Part shown: positions 24,832-38,368 of the stretch, piece by piece
How positions within the stretch are numbered: position 1 is the stretch's first letter
Layout: each line of letters begins with the position of its first letter
NCBI RefSeq assembly: GCF_964204645.1
Contig: NC_134034.1
Location: 12,226,962-12,290,961 of the forward strand
Direction: 5' to 3'
DNA from: Tubulanus polymorphus
Lineage: Eukaryota > Animalia > Nemertea
DNA length: 64,000 bases
The notes under the pieces: model-generated
Databases searched by the model: none
Told to the model about the DNA's origin: nothing
What the model saw: the letters and a program-made list of their open reading frames with translations, nothing else
Position numbers and translations under genes: made by a program

Positions 24832-25311
24832 CAGTTCCACAGTGTGGATTTGATTTGACTCTGAATCCAGTTCCACAGTTGTGTGAGTTAAATTTGACTC
24901 TGGACCCAGTTCTACAGTTGTGTGAATTTGATATGACTCTGAATCCAGTTCCACAGTTGTGTGGGTTTAATTTGACTCTGGACCCAGTTCCACAATTGTG
25001 TGGGTTTAATTTGACACTGGACCCAGTTCTACAGTTGTGTGGGTTTAAATTGTCTCTGGATCTAGGTCCACAGTGGGTTTAATTTGACTGTTAACCCAGT
25101 TCCACGGTTGTATGGGTTTAATTTGTCTCTGGATCCAGTTCCACAGTTGTGTGGGTTTAATTTTACTCTGGACCCAGTCCCACAGTTAAATCGGTTTAAT
25201 ATGACTATGAACCCTTTTCCAGAGTTATGTGGTTTTAATTTGACTCCGGATCCAGTTCAACAGCTGTATTATGAATTAGCTGTTGAACTGATTTGACTCT
25301 GAACCCAGTTC
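24832..25311 (-). repeat. Array of the dispersed 39-bp repeat, reverse orientation
   Basis: ccagttccacagttgtgtgggtttaatttgactctgga units. Confidence 0.9.
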
Positions 25312-27486
25312 GACATCCAGTGTTTATTTCAAGACTGTAAATTTTTTTAACTCGAATTCGATTCAAACCGACGTGCACCCGGATCCATGTTATACAATGA
25401 TTAAAGCCACGTTTCCATGATTGAGTTAATGAATAAACACTACCAAAAAAAACTATATAAGATCTGATCCAATTAGGACATGAAATAAGCTTTTGATAAT
25501 GTGTATAGGAAAAAAAATATCGGCGGAAGAAGACAACGAACGGGGCTAGGAAGACGGCTTTATCAGTGTTGTAGTAAAGGATGGGCCCTTTAATAAATAA
25601 TCCAAGCGTCACGATTCGTCACTCGTTTCAACATGCCTCCTTATATAAACACATATTATCAGCGTTAAACTCTTATCCGAACTTCACGTCTCTTCCGGGG
25701 AGACGAGGTGCTACAAATTGAATTCCCTCGAACAGCACCGCGTCGCGCGCGGTCAACCATCGTTTCAAACGAAACAAAAATACAACTCGATTGATGGAAA
25801 GGACACTTGTTAATTTGCGCGCTTGTTTTAGTCTTCGGTTCGGGTTTCGGATCGATGAGGTTCGCGCGCGAAGGGGTCGGGGGTCGTGCAGAGCAGGCGG
25901 AGAGACCGGAACGTCGATCTATCTCCGTAAACGTCCCGGGAACATATCGTCGTCTGAAATGTTAGTCGCCTGTGTGAGACAGTTATATGTTCTAGTAATA
26001 CGTCAGCCGGTCGTGTCATCTCAATGTGACAGTAAACAACGGCAATTTATATTCGTTGAACGATCAGTCTTCCCCGAAACAGATGAGTCAATACCGCAGG
26101 TACCGACGCCTGAAACAATGGAGTACCGGCCTCGCTACTGTGGCAATCGCGGATTCCACGCATGGCAGGCGAGGATCCACCAGGTTCGCTAATGGTTACT
26201 CGGTTACCGCGTTTCAATTCCTTCTACATCATAAATTAAATTCTAATCAACTTTTCTCATTAGTAAATCAATTTCTAATCTAATTTTAACTGCCAAATAA
26301 CTGAGTGTATTGTAGCGCCAACTGGTGTGTGCCGATACCCCATGGCCGCGATCACACGGCCGATATCGCCCCGCACCTACTTTAGCGTCGGACAAGGCCC
26401 GAAACTCCGAAACGATGTTGGGCGCCGGGGATTCACTGTTTCAAGCCTGAATAAAGTTCCCGTATCTACCGGCTCTCACCAGATGGCGCAAGAAAACACA
26501 TTCGTAGTGAAAATAAGTTCATTTCAATAAAATTTGAAATTATGATTTCACTGAAAATTGATTTACTAATCAGAAAAAAAGGACTGGGAATTTTATTGAA
26601 ATGTAGGAGATATTGGGTCGCGGTAACCCAGCGCCACGGGTGACACCTGGTGGATTATCGCCAAATCCTCACTTGCCACAGTAGCGTTGCCGGTGCCCCA
26701 TCCCCTCGACGGCAGTGACATTGAACCAATTGAATGTCGAGACGTGATTTTTCGTGTATAATAAAAAAAACAGTAATTCGCGTCATCACATTTTGACAGA
26801 CAGTTGAAATTACTTCATCGCTCTTGTGCGCAAGCTGTTCCAGACGTCAACGACAAATCGTTAGATTGGACACAACGTCAACGCGCACCGCGCGCGTGTG
26901 CGCTTGACAAAACCGACAAGAAAAACTATCAACAAACGGCGGGTGGCTCCGGGCGAAATCGAGCGATCGAGTTCATCATCGACGTCGTCATCAGAGTTTG
27001 AAATATTTCAATCTTGTCCCCACTGGGGGAGAACCTCATACCGTCAATATCCGCGATGATTATTTTTGTGTATTACGCATCGGTAGAAATGATGTTTCGG
27101 CGACGGCGGCGACGGAGGACTCCGCGTCGTTCGGCAGACGATTTTCAAATGGAACAAGTTACTTTTATACGGTGATTGCTGCCAATAATGTCGTCTAGTG
27201 TTATTAATAACGCTCTCTCTCTCATACGTAAGAAGAAATAGACAATAATCAAAGTTTTCGATCTCTCAGAACTGCGGATGATCGACTGTGACTATGCACT
27301 CTCCGTTCGCGGTGGTATAAAATTGATGGACACGTCCGATTAGGAAATCAATCGTATTTTCTCGGAAGAAAGATAATAGAAACGCACCGACTTTGCGCAT
27401 CCGTTTTATTTGATATAGTATCTCACGATAAGAACGAAAAAGAGTCTGAAATGTTTAATTTAGTTAGACGGAGGCCTGATCTGATG

Positions 27487-27830
27487 AAAAACTAAGAGAT
27501 TATTGTCGTTTAGACTCAATTCTATATGAGACATTTTCAAAAACTAAGAGAGTAGTGACGTTAAGACTCAATTCTATGAGCTATTTTCAAAACTAAGAGA
27601 GTATTGACGTTTAGACTAAATTCTAGGAGCCATTTTCAAAAACTAAGAGAGTATAGTGACATTTAGATTCATTTCTATGAGCTTTTTTCAAAGCTAAGAG
27701 AGTTGTGACGTTCAGACTAAATTCTATGAGCCATTTTCAAAAACTAAGAGAGTATAGTGACATTAAGATTCATTTCTATGAGCTTTTTTCAAAACTAAGA
27801 GAGTAGTGACGTTTAGACTCAATTCTATGA
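27487..27830. repeat. ~55-57-bp tandem repeat, ~6 copies
   Basis: Unit aaaactaagagagtagtgacgtttagactcaattctatgagccattttc. Confidence 0.9.
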
Positions 27831-28630
27831 ACATTCATTACTCATTTTTAATTTTTCTTCAAAAAAAAATGATGGACAGTCACGTGTCTATTGAAACCAA
27901 CATGGTCGCTCTCAAGTATTCTAACCGAGACGTGAGAATGATTTCATGTTGGCTGTTCTTCATCTGACTGTGGATTTTTAAGTGAAAACCTTTTGAAAAA
28001 AATGGTTCCATCGATAAGACAATAATCTAATGCTAAAGCCGGCACGTCGCCATGGCGTGTTACTTACAGGCACGACACTGTGCGCATGACATTTAGCGAT
28101 CTAATTTTCATTATTCTGAAAATTTCATCGAATTTTTTTGTTCTTGTTGTTGTTTAAAATCCCATCCATCACACGGAGTTTAAGACGCGTAGATTAGTCG
28201 CTAGGCGCATTGACATTTTACAATCTGATATCCACGCGCGCGCGCTGTGATACACGAGTAATCGCGGCGCTATTTTCATCTTGTTCACCGGCGTAATAAA
28301 ACAACGACTCACGCGAGAATTAGACGCGTGATTTTACGAGATTTCATCGGCTGATATGTAATTCGTAGCTGATTAATCTTCGGCGACTTTTTTACAACTT
28401 TTGCTTTAACGACTGACGAGATATTGCGATATTTGACGAGGTTTTGTAATTAATGCTTTCACTGATTTGAATCTGTTTGAATGAATGGACGGCTTGGTTT
28501 CTTAGATCCATGGGGATAAAACCATTAGGAGACAAATTACGCCGTGTCGACACACGGCGTTGCTGATGGTGTTACCCTCCCGACCTATTAGGCCAAGATG
28601 CAGCCACTATGAAACGAGGTGAAAATAAAA

Positions 28631-28850
28631 AGATCGCTAGGCGGCGCTGATGGCAGCGGTCTTGACGACCCTCTATCGCATGGCCATAACGAAACTTATA
28701 ACGTCAACAAGACAGTATTGATAAACAGATCGCTAGGCGGCGTTGATGGCAGCGGTCTTGACGACCCTCTATCGCATGGCCATAACGAAACTTATAACGT
28801 CAACAAGACAGTATTGATAAACAGATCGCTAAGCGGCGCTGATGATAGCG
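28631..28850. repeat. 96-bp tandem repeat (2.3 close copies plus degraded flanking units)
   Basis: agatcgctaggcggcgctgatggcagcgg...gtattgataaac recurs at 28631, 28727 and 28823. Confidence 0.9.
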
Positions 28851-30725
28851 TTCTCCGACCCCGAGAACTAGCTTGGAACAATATTCACCGAGGCTGCGGG
28901 AATGTTGCGTTTAAGACAGTAAAAACAAACGACCACTAGACGGCGCTGGTATCAGCGCGTTCTCGTTCCCGCGATGATACGGCCATTACGCGACTAATTA
29001 CGCCGCATCGCGACAGGTGTCGTAAAAACGAATGACAAACATCAGCTAGGTGTTTTTAATGACCGACTCGATGGGGATTTGATGTTAACGTTTGATCGCG
29101 ATTGATGACGATAACAATCAGTGTTGACTGCGTCCAGCAGCAAGTCCTCGAGGCTCGTAAAATACAGACTAGGAATTAACGCTTTTGGCTGTTAATGGCA
29201 GCGCCGGGTAACACTGTTCCCTCGTCATAACTATCATTCGCTATCAGACAATTGGAAGTTGAAAAAGTCAAGGTTCTTTGTTCATGAAATATGGATTGTT
29301 CCTGTTATCTATTTCATCGGTAGACTCGTCTGGGACTCTGACAAACCCATCACACCAGCCGCGAAGCAGGGGGTTCGATTTTGATATCGGAAATCGAAGT
29401 AGAGATTTTGTTGTATGATCGGCGGTTGAATTTACAGATTTGTTTGTTCGAATCGAAATACATAATTGGAAATTTCGGCCTAGGTTTTAACTGGATAATA
29501 TTGACTGTATGTATGCGACGAGTATCATTTTCGTGAGCAAATATCTCAAAATGATTGATATCTGTCGACCGACAGACAGACGAGGATTTAACGCGTTCCA
29601 GATAATTGACAGCTCATTATAATCAGCATCAAGATTAATCTTGCAATTCGATCTGATGCGTGATTTACTGTAAATATCGGCTGCTCGAACAATATCGATT
29701 GAAATAGTGGTGAAATTAAAAAGTAAATTGAGATTAGGGATGGGATCTAGATGATCCCCATCTGTACCGAGCGGTGAAGATAGCTTTGCTTTATTTACAT
29801 CGGATCTTAGTTTCCAAAGACTAGCGACTACAGCTGAACAGGGCCATGGTAGGTCATGCTAGGTTTCAGTATCCAAAGATGTGCTAGCAGCCCTCCCCCA
29901 TGCTTTGCTGAGCCCTTCGCTCTCCATCCCACAGCCCCGGTCATGCTAGTAGCCCATCGCTCTATCCAGCCCACACCCCACAGCCCCCTCCCATCATGCT
30001 GAGCCCCTCACTCTCCAGTCCACACCCGACGGACTCCTCGATGAAAATTCCATCCGTCGAGGTGACTGAGGAAGGGTAATAGAGGTTTTTGCTCTGATAT
30101 AACAGTAAATTTTTCGATCCAGCTGTATACTAATGAGTTAAGATTTATCTAACGGTTAACTAATTCGTTGAAAATTACTGAGAGTTCAGTTTTAGCTCTA
30201 ACTGCGGAGCTTGGATCCTCCCGGCGGCCGTCACTCCGCAGTGAGAGCGGCGTCGTGGCTTCAGTGACTGTTGATTAATCAAATTTTGATGTCATGCACG
30301 GATCGTTGAGTTTTAGAATCGTCGACGTTTTAATCTCTATAATTGAACTACACGCGAGACGACGGCGGCGGAGAACAGGAGAGAGACATGCCGCCGGAGA
30401 GATAAATCGTCTGTCCGCCGCCACAGTCTCGTTTAACTCGAGAACACGCGTCGCTCGATGCTCATCATCTCGAGATATGAGAAACGAAGTTGTGAACGAA
30501 GAACGACAGCGAGTTTTAACAGTGTCTGGTGACGAGAGAGGGGAACTGGAAAATTGGATCGAAAACTTTTGCTTCTACATTCACACAAACACACACGCAC
30601 GCACGCACACATTCACGCACGCAGATTCATCGAGTGAATCGAAAATTATGTTTCAAAAAGGCACCTTGAAATTCGGAGATTCAAGATGGCGTCGCCGCGT
30701 GAGGGCGCTACCAAACGATATGCAT

Positions 30726-31044
30726 GACTGTACCTTACTTAACGAACAACGCAAAAACTTTTTGAATTTGAATACCTTTAATACCCTTGATATTCTGAAA
30801 AAACCAACGGTCAACTTAGCTAAATTCATTAAGACCGGCTTAGATGTATATAGATCCCTCCAATAGTATATATAGTATTGTGAATAGTTGATGTATATAT
30901 ATATTTTGTTACGTTTTCATTCTCTAAATTTTAATCACTTCAGTGTTGTTTTGTAAATATTTGTATACACATGTGTAATAGTTTTCCTCCATATACCATG
31001 GAAATGGTTGGAGTGTAAATAAATCGTAATCGTAATCGTAATCG
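30726..31044 (+). mobile_element. 3' end of a non-LTR retrotransposon (5'-truncated LINE) with (ATCGTA)n tail
   Basis: Reads DCTLLNEQRKNFL...NLAKFIKTGLDVYRSLQ*, resembling LINE ORF2 C-termini; followed by an AT-rich 3' UTR, AATAAA and a microsatellite tail; second copy inverted at 50447-50706. Confidence 0.65.
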
Positions 31045-33920
31045 GAATCATAGACTCGATTATCGCTGGGGCCCAACGTGCAAATTACATGTACTTGAGA
31101 AAGTGGCCCCTGGTATCCAGTTGGTATCTTGAATAACCCTACTGTCTGACGGAAGAGGGCACTTTCATACTCTACGCACGTTTGAACTAGGTGGTAGCAT
31201 CAGACACATTGAATAAATCAATGTTTGAACCGAATTCGTGCATCGAATACTCATTTACATAACGAACCAATTAGCCAATCAAATTCGATTAATAGAAGAA
31301 AGTTAACATGTTGATACTTAAAGCGTAAACGCACCTGGGTTTGGGTTTTCAAAATAACCGAAATTAACCATGTTGCACCGGGGTTTAGCTTTACATACTC
31401 ATTTGCATAAAACGTTCGATTGGCCAAATAAATTCGATAAAACTAGAAATGTCGCCCTTTTAACTGAAAGCGCACAATAGGTTTTCAAAAAACTAACCGA
31501 AATTATCTACGTCGCATCGGGCAACTTAAACGTACTCACTTACATAAAATATTAGATTAGCCAATCGAATCAGTGCATTTGAATCGGTGGCGGTCTCGTG
31601 ATCGGATTGACGGTTAGAGAAAGTGTCGTCTGCTGTTGTCGGGTATAACTCGGTTAATTACACCGAGAAAAGAAAAACGCCGCCGCCCTTCCGAATTACG
31701 AATAAATCACAGACACACACTTCACGTTTTAATCGGATTGTTAAACGTGCGTGGTGACCCGAGAATAGAAACCGAGTCGATATCAGCAGACGATAAAGAT
31801 TTCATTGAAAGCGTCGTTAACAGCTAGTGACATCCTGGATACGGGGTCGCGCGTGATCGAAATCTTTTTACCGCCCGGGATGAGATACACACGCTGTCTG
31901 CGGTAATTCGATTCCGCAGCTGGGTTCTTGTTCTCCGGGGGAGAGGCGTAGGCCTGTTCCACCGCGATTCAGACTGAAAAACTCGGTTATCGTCGATAAC
32001 AAATTCAATTGGCACCGACCGCATCGAACTCTCGCGGGACAGACGAGAGATGATCGGTAGTCTCGCGAGAGTTCGCTGATACATGTTTTACTCATAGTTT
32101 CTGAGTCGTCATCTCGTGATAGAATTTGTTTGATCAGTTATAGCGTCACGACGGGGGTTAAGTCAGTATGCAGCACTGTAGGCCCAGGCCCTATTCTTAT
32201 TTGGCCAAGTTTTGATATGAAAACTACGGATCTCGTTGAGCCATAGTATGAATTTTACAACATAGCGAAATTTCGAGTTTTGTAAATCGGAATTTCGGTT
32301 TCAAAGTCGAAATTCCGACTTGAAAAGAATTTTCATGTGACCGCAATGCTCTTCCGTAGAAAACGCCTTCAATACAAATCTACGAACTTGCTGGACCAGT
32401 TTTGGATTCTTGAAATTGAATACATAGGCCCTATAAAATCTTATGTTTTTATCATGTTAAAAAGTGATACTAAAATGATCTTGATATCGTCTGATTGATA
32501 CCAATCTGATTAATTACTCCAAGGAATGATATAGTGAGTATACATGTACACATATTTCATATTTGCGTGCCTATAACTTATGAATTCTGACTAGCCCATG
32601 GGCTAAGCCTGGTCTTTATTAAACGTCGAATTTGCAGTTCTTGGACTTATTGCTTCCAATCTGGTTAGATCATGAACTCGCCTCGTCTCTAAAACTGAAA
32701 TGTCCATCGTCAGAGTTATCTGACGCAAAAATAGCACTGCTACAGTCCAATCTCAATTGTCACTATATAGCCTGTGATGCGCGATCGCTCCATCGCCCGT
32801 GTGTCATCGGGTTCGAATCCCAGCGGAGGCAGGGTAACTGCACGGGTTAACTGGGTAGATTTAACGAGACAGGGTCCATTGTCGAAGCTGTCAGGCTGGA
32901 CACGAACTGCAGTTGTTCTGCTCTGATCGACCTAATACCCGTTTCGCGCCGCATCTCGCCGCAAACGCAATTACCAACTTTTTTCTCCAACCGACGACGC
33001 AGTAGTTTTTACAGGAATAACTTCTGACGTGAACATAATCAGAAGGGTCGTGTTGACGAAACCGACGCCGACAGCGCGCCCGGGGGATCAGCGATTTAAC
33101 GGATACAATTATACATCGAAAACTTCACAAGAAACAAGTTTAGATGTATTTCGATATTACTCGTCGCATAGACCAGGAGTTAAACGGGCAATTAAATAGA
33201 AACCATCCACCGCCTCCACCGTGACCTTGAAAACCACTGCCGAAACCGATAAACATCAATTTTACAATTCTGAGAACTACTTTAACTAATACAATGTGAA
33301 CAACGATTTTGTATCAGACAAGATCTCTTCCAGGAGATTGCGTGAATGACATTGTCCCATAAAACTGAAACCTCATAAAACTGAAACCTCATAAAACTGA
33401 AACCCTCCTAGTAGAATGAATCGCGTGCTATCGGAGTAAATCGAGTTCGAATCCTGCATTGTTAAGACAATTTTCTTAATCTAGCGCGTTCAGATTTTTA
33501 CGAGGGAATTTCAAACCAAATGGATTTATTTTCATGTTATCACCTAGCGTAGTACAGATGTAGCCTGCTACATACATACTAACCAAGGCAGAGATGTCTC
33601 CTTGTTATTTGGTGATTACTTCTGCTCAGCAGCCGCGCGATGTCGTTCGCTGCCTGAAGCAGACGGTGAAACTGATGGTGATGATCGCGGTGACAATTAA
33701 ACCCGTTGATGAGTTTTGGAATTAACCGTTTTTCTGCGGTAGCTCGAAAAACGCACTCCGCTTTTAATGAACTACAGGAAGAAATACCGCCACATAAAAT
33801 ACCCGCGATAACAGGAAGAACTGCACGAGGAACTGTGTTATTATAATGTTATTTGAGAAGGTAGCTTAATTGAAAGGATTCCAAAAACGAGCCCAACCAA
33901 ACCACCCTCTCCTACAACAG

Positions 33921-34124
33921 GTGGAACTGAGTCCAGGGTCAAATTAAACCCACACAACTGTGGAACTGAGTTCACAGTACACACAATTGTGGAACTGGAT
34001 CTAGAGTCAAACTGAACCCATACAAACTGTGGAACTGAGTTCACAGTCAAATTGAACACGCACAACTGTGGAACTGGATCCAGAGTGAAATCGAACCCAT
34101 ATTTCGTAACTGGGTCTGGGTTCA
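33921..34124 (+). repeat. Array of the dispersed 39-bp repeat
   Basis: aactgtggaactg...gtcaaattaaacccacac units. Confidence 0.85.
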
Positions 34125-36266
34125 AGAAGTACCTATAGTATCTGCGACCGAATATAGAATTTAAAGGATTGGTTTAAAAACATTGAACAGCGTGCAGAAA
34201 GAGTGTCAAACTGTTACAGTGAAATTATCAGATTAATTAAACTCGATCAGAACGAGACGGAAACTGGGGAATCCCCGTCGAGAATATAGAAAGGTTCTAC
34301 GCGAAAATTACGAGCGCATTAACTGCGTTAATTTCTCGCAATTTCTCGCCTACGCACGGCGAGATTCCCCGCGACGAGAACACCGCTTGCCGTTAATTGT
34401 AACATTTTTCGCAGACGACTTTAAAAGACGCAGTAAAATATCGACGGTTATGTGTACTTAAATATTTCTCTATGACAGTATCGCGACTGGTTGTATCGGT
34501 ATGCTGGTAGTCGGGTTACACGGGAATGCTTTTACGAAGCGCAATCTCAATAGAATAGCGGGCGGTAATTAGGCGGATGTTGTTGAATAACACGTGGATG
34601 AATACATCGACATGGCGCGCGGACGCCACGGCGGGTTATGATGTAACTTGAGAGACTCGGAGGGCTTTCAGAGCAGCGGGAACTGACTTCTCTATAACAT
34701 CAAAGTAAAAGTTAAAAGGAAAACGCACGTTCTCCCGATAAAAATATCGTAAACGAACGGAATGGAAAATGCGTTTGTGACCGGTTTTTTCAGCGGCAGC
34801 CATTTTGAAAAGATGTCTAACGCCGGATGTGCGTGCGAGCGGAGAACTAGTGCCCCGTGTCACCTTTTCGAAAAAACCAATCAAGTGAACCTTTTTAAAC
34901 GTTTTTAGATTTGAACAGAGTAAGAAAACGGATGAATTGGTTCTCAGTGAACCCCGCCTCTCTCTCCTCACAGCTGATATATTATATTAGATATAATCGC
35001 GTCCTTGACATTTTTCAATATCTCGTCTGCAGCGAGGTTAGAGGAGGTATTCTGAAGAAAAACAGATGGTAGCGTGTTGGGCGTGTACTGGCGTGCTATG
35101 ATTTCCCTGATGACGTGGTACGGAGTGGCTTTTATTGGTCTGGATATAGTTAATGCCCGTAATGACTGTGCATCGTTGGAATAATAACTAGTAAGACAAC
35201 TGAGTATAACAGAGATAACTGTCACGTCCTCAATCTATAGATATCGTCGGCAAATTGCGACCTCGCCTGCCAGGGCTCTCGGTTATCGGTTGCGAACGCA
35301 CGATACACGACCAAACCCTCGGAGTTCGTAGGTTCGAGGCCCTTATCGAAAATATGCCCTTCAATATCTGGTTTTTTGTTTATCTTGGCTATACGTCATC
35401 GGGATCTTTGTTTCCCGACACTAACTTAATAGAGGTCTTGCATTGACGTCAACATATCACGTGACATCATGTTAATCGGCCATGTTGGTTTGATATTTAA
35501 ATGTGCTCAATTTATTCAACTCAGATTTTCTCAATCCTCCACACTGCACCCCCCCCCCCTTACTTAATCACACCGTCTCTTGACACGACTTGACTTTCAA
35601 ATCGAACTATAAATATTTCGTGTAAAATACGAAAAATGTTCGGGGCCTCGGGAGAGTTAAAGCGATCGCGTTGATGACGATGAATAATGTCCTCGTGAAT
35701 TATTTATTTCATAAGCTCGAAAATACTCGACGACCGACGCTTTTAAAGGTTTCCCAGGTTTATTCGTCGTTCGTCCGTTCATACGAGATATATATATATA
35801 TATACCAAACCCAATTAGTTTTTAGGCCAGCCGTAGGTAAAACAGCAAATCCAATTCAATTATGTTTTATTGAGCAAATTTCAGAAAATTCAATTCTATT
35901 CCGCATTCAAATCAATGAGACCGAGGGGAAAGATTTATGTGAGGTATTTGTTCCTGCCAGCTCCGGCAGCTGCCTGTGCTACTTATGAAAACTTGAAAAA
36001 TTGAATTGTGTAAATTATTAGCCTGGGATTGACTAGTCTATGAGCTGGGAGTGTATTTGGACAAATCTAACCCACAGAATGCATCATTTGCCATTTTATG
36101 AAAAGCTGACAGGCTGGCCATAGTGCCCCTTGGGGCTCTTTGTTTCACAGTTTCCGCCGCCATTGTATCCGTAAGAAGTCAACAATCTTTAGAGACTTTC
36201 AAGAACAGATGGCCACCTCTACGAAGTCTCCCTATGACGTCATCAAATAAACCATGCCATCTCCAG

Positions 36267-36321
36267 GGCCCGGTTCTACAGTTCTGAGTCATATCTTAAC
36301 TCAGAACTGTGGAACTGGATC
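36267..36321. mobile_element. Minimal 55-bp Harbinger-like MITE
   Basis: CAG|GGCCCGGTTCTACAGTTCTGAGT...ACTCAGAACTGTGGAACTGGATC|CTG; inverted termini with CWG flanks. Confidence 0.6.
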
Positions 36322-36847
36322 CTGAGCCTTCCGGAAAAGATGGCCGCTTCCATAAGTCTCTCCAACTTAAAACCCCCAATGACATCGTAAAATTATCTAG
36401 CCAATAGATCTTAAGACTTGTACAGAGAAGATGCCCACTTTACAGAAATCCCCTAATAACATTATGGATTCATTTTGATCACAAAAGCAAGCTTAAAGAG
36501 TAGGAACTGATAAGCCGTTACTTGGGAATTTAGGAAAATCGGCGGTTTTGTCATGAATATTAGATGACAAATCGACAGTGAATGTCACCTTCACGCAGAC
36601 ACACAGACTGATAGTGGTCAGCAGCAGCAGCAGCAGCAGTGCAGCTCATGCTGTGACGTATGATTGTTATCTGATGATGTCTCCAAGGATCACGAGATAA
36701 GATTCGGCATCATCGGATGTAACTTTGACAGTGGTTTGAACGTCGAGGGAGCAGAACAGTCGGTGTAACGGTTTCACGCGAAATTGGGTTAAGCCAGATT
36801 ATATACACTAGTTGATCAGTATAATAGAGGAAGTGAGGGGAAATAGA

Positions 36848-36888
36848 TCGAGAGAGGAGAGAGAGAGAGTGAGGAGAGAGAGAGTGAT

Positions 36889-36960
<72 letters not shown>

Positions 36961-36980
36961 AGAGAGAGGAGAGAGGAGAT

Positions 36981-37077
<97 letters not shown>

Positions 37078-37160
37078 AGAGATGGAGGAGAGTGAGGAGG
37101 AGAGAGAGAGAGTGAGGAAGAGAGAGAGAGAGAGAGAGGAAGGTAGAAGAGTAGAGACAG
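36848..37160. repeat. (GA)n microsatellite
   Basis: Imperfect GA run. Confidence 0.97.
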
Positions 37161-37393
37161 AGGGGGCGGGCGAGTGCACTCTGAACAAAATGGTTCTTTG
37201 GGGGGCTTTCCAAAGAACCTAAGAGCTCTTTACGCAACCTTGGGGTTCTTCAGCACCCCAGAGTAACATTCGAGGGGTTGTTTGTCAATTGAAAGGTTTT
37301 CAAAGAACTCACACACAGCCTCTTTCACTTTCTTCGCATGTGAAGGGAGGCGAAAACATATTCAACTAACCTAATATATTGACACTACTCCGT

Positions 37394-37484
37394 CTGTGAC
37401 TGCACTGTGACTACACTGCACCGTGACTGCACTGCACTGTGACTACACTGCACCGTGACTACACTGCACTGTGACTGCACTGCA
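37394..37484 (-). repeat. CAGTG/CAGTCA minisatellite, reverse orientation
   Basis: ctgtgactgcactgcactgtgactacactgca units, complementary to 38115-38368. Confidence 0.85.
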
Positions 37485-38114
37485 CCGATAGCGATATCTG
37501 AAGTTGAAAATTGACATTCCAACAAAACATACAAATCCTTTTCGCACCTGACAACTTTCATTCAACAGCAGCAACGCGTCATGTCTCTAAGTGTACTGTT
37601 TAAACCTGATGGGGAAAGAACATAATTAATTTTGAAGAAAAAAAAAACCAAATATAAAATCTGCTATTGACATTTTGAAATTCGTCGGTAATCCGTTGAA
37701 TCCGCTTTCGAAAGAAATTCGGTGCGAGGCGCAATTTTTTTTAAATTTTACACTCGTCTGCATTTGAAACTTTGAAGAAAAGAAACTAAACTTGAAAGTA
37801 ATCTGCGCGGGGTCTTTTCGATGACATTTCAAGACGTTTGAAACTGGTCTTTATCCAACTGAAACTGAAACTGTCCCCAGAGCAGCAGACTATAGAATGT
37901 TCTTAGCGGCATTTTCCTAAATCTCCGTCGTGAAAAAAAATGTTAATTACTTTAAGAGTTAGTTATTCCGCAAGCGTCTCGTTGTCTGCAATTTCTATAC
38001 CTTCGCGGAAAATGAACACGTAACGAGTCGTTTACACGATTAGAACCTGAAATCGAGATTGGATTCGAACCGTGTCGTTTTGATGAGTACTTTTTTCGTA
38101 AAATGTTGCAACGA

Positions 38115-38368
38115 TGCAGTGCAGTCACAGTGCAGTGTAGTCACTGTGCAGCCACAGCGTACAGTGCAGTCAGAGCAGTGCAGTCACAGTGCAGTGCAGT
38201 CACAGTGTAGTGCAGTCACAGTGTAGTGTAGTCACTGTGCAGTCACAGCGTACAGTGCAGTCAGAGCAGTGCAGTCACAGTGCAGTGCAGTCACAGTGCA
38301 GTGCAGTCACACTGCAGTCACAGTGCAGTGCAGTCACAGTGCAGTGCAGTCACAGTGCAGTGCAGTCA
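38115..38368 (+). repeat. CAGTG/CAGTCA minisatellite (16-bp cagtgcagtgcagtca core)
   Basis: Tandem units visible directly. Confidence 0.9.

Noticed and set aside
28619-28939. Repetitive ORF as a neuropeptide precursor (KRSLGGADGSGL...)
   Set aside because: No signal peptide, only one dibasic site, and no supporting splice sites; explained by a 96-bp DNA repeat
30294-30866. 190-aa ORF as a host gene
   Set aside because: Chimera of non-coding sequence, a CA-rich microsatellite and a LINE 3' fragment
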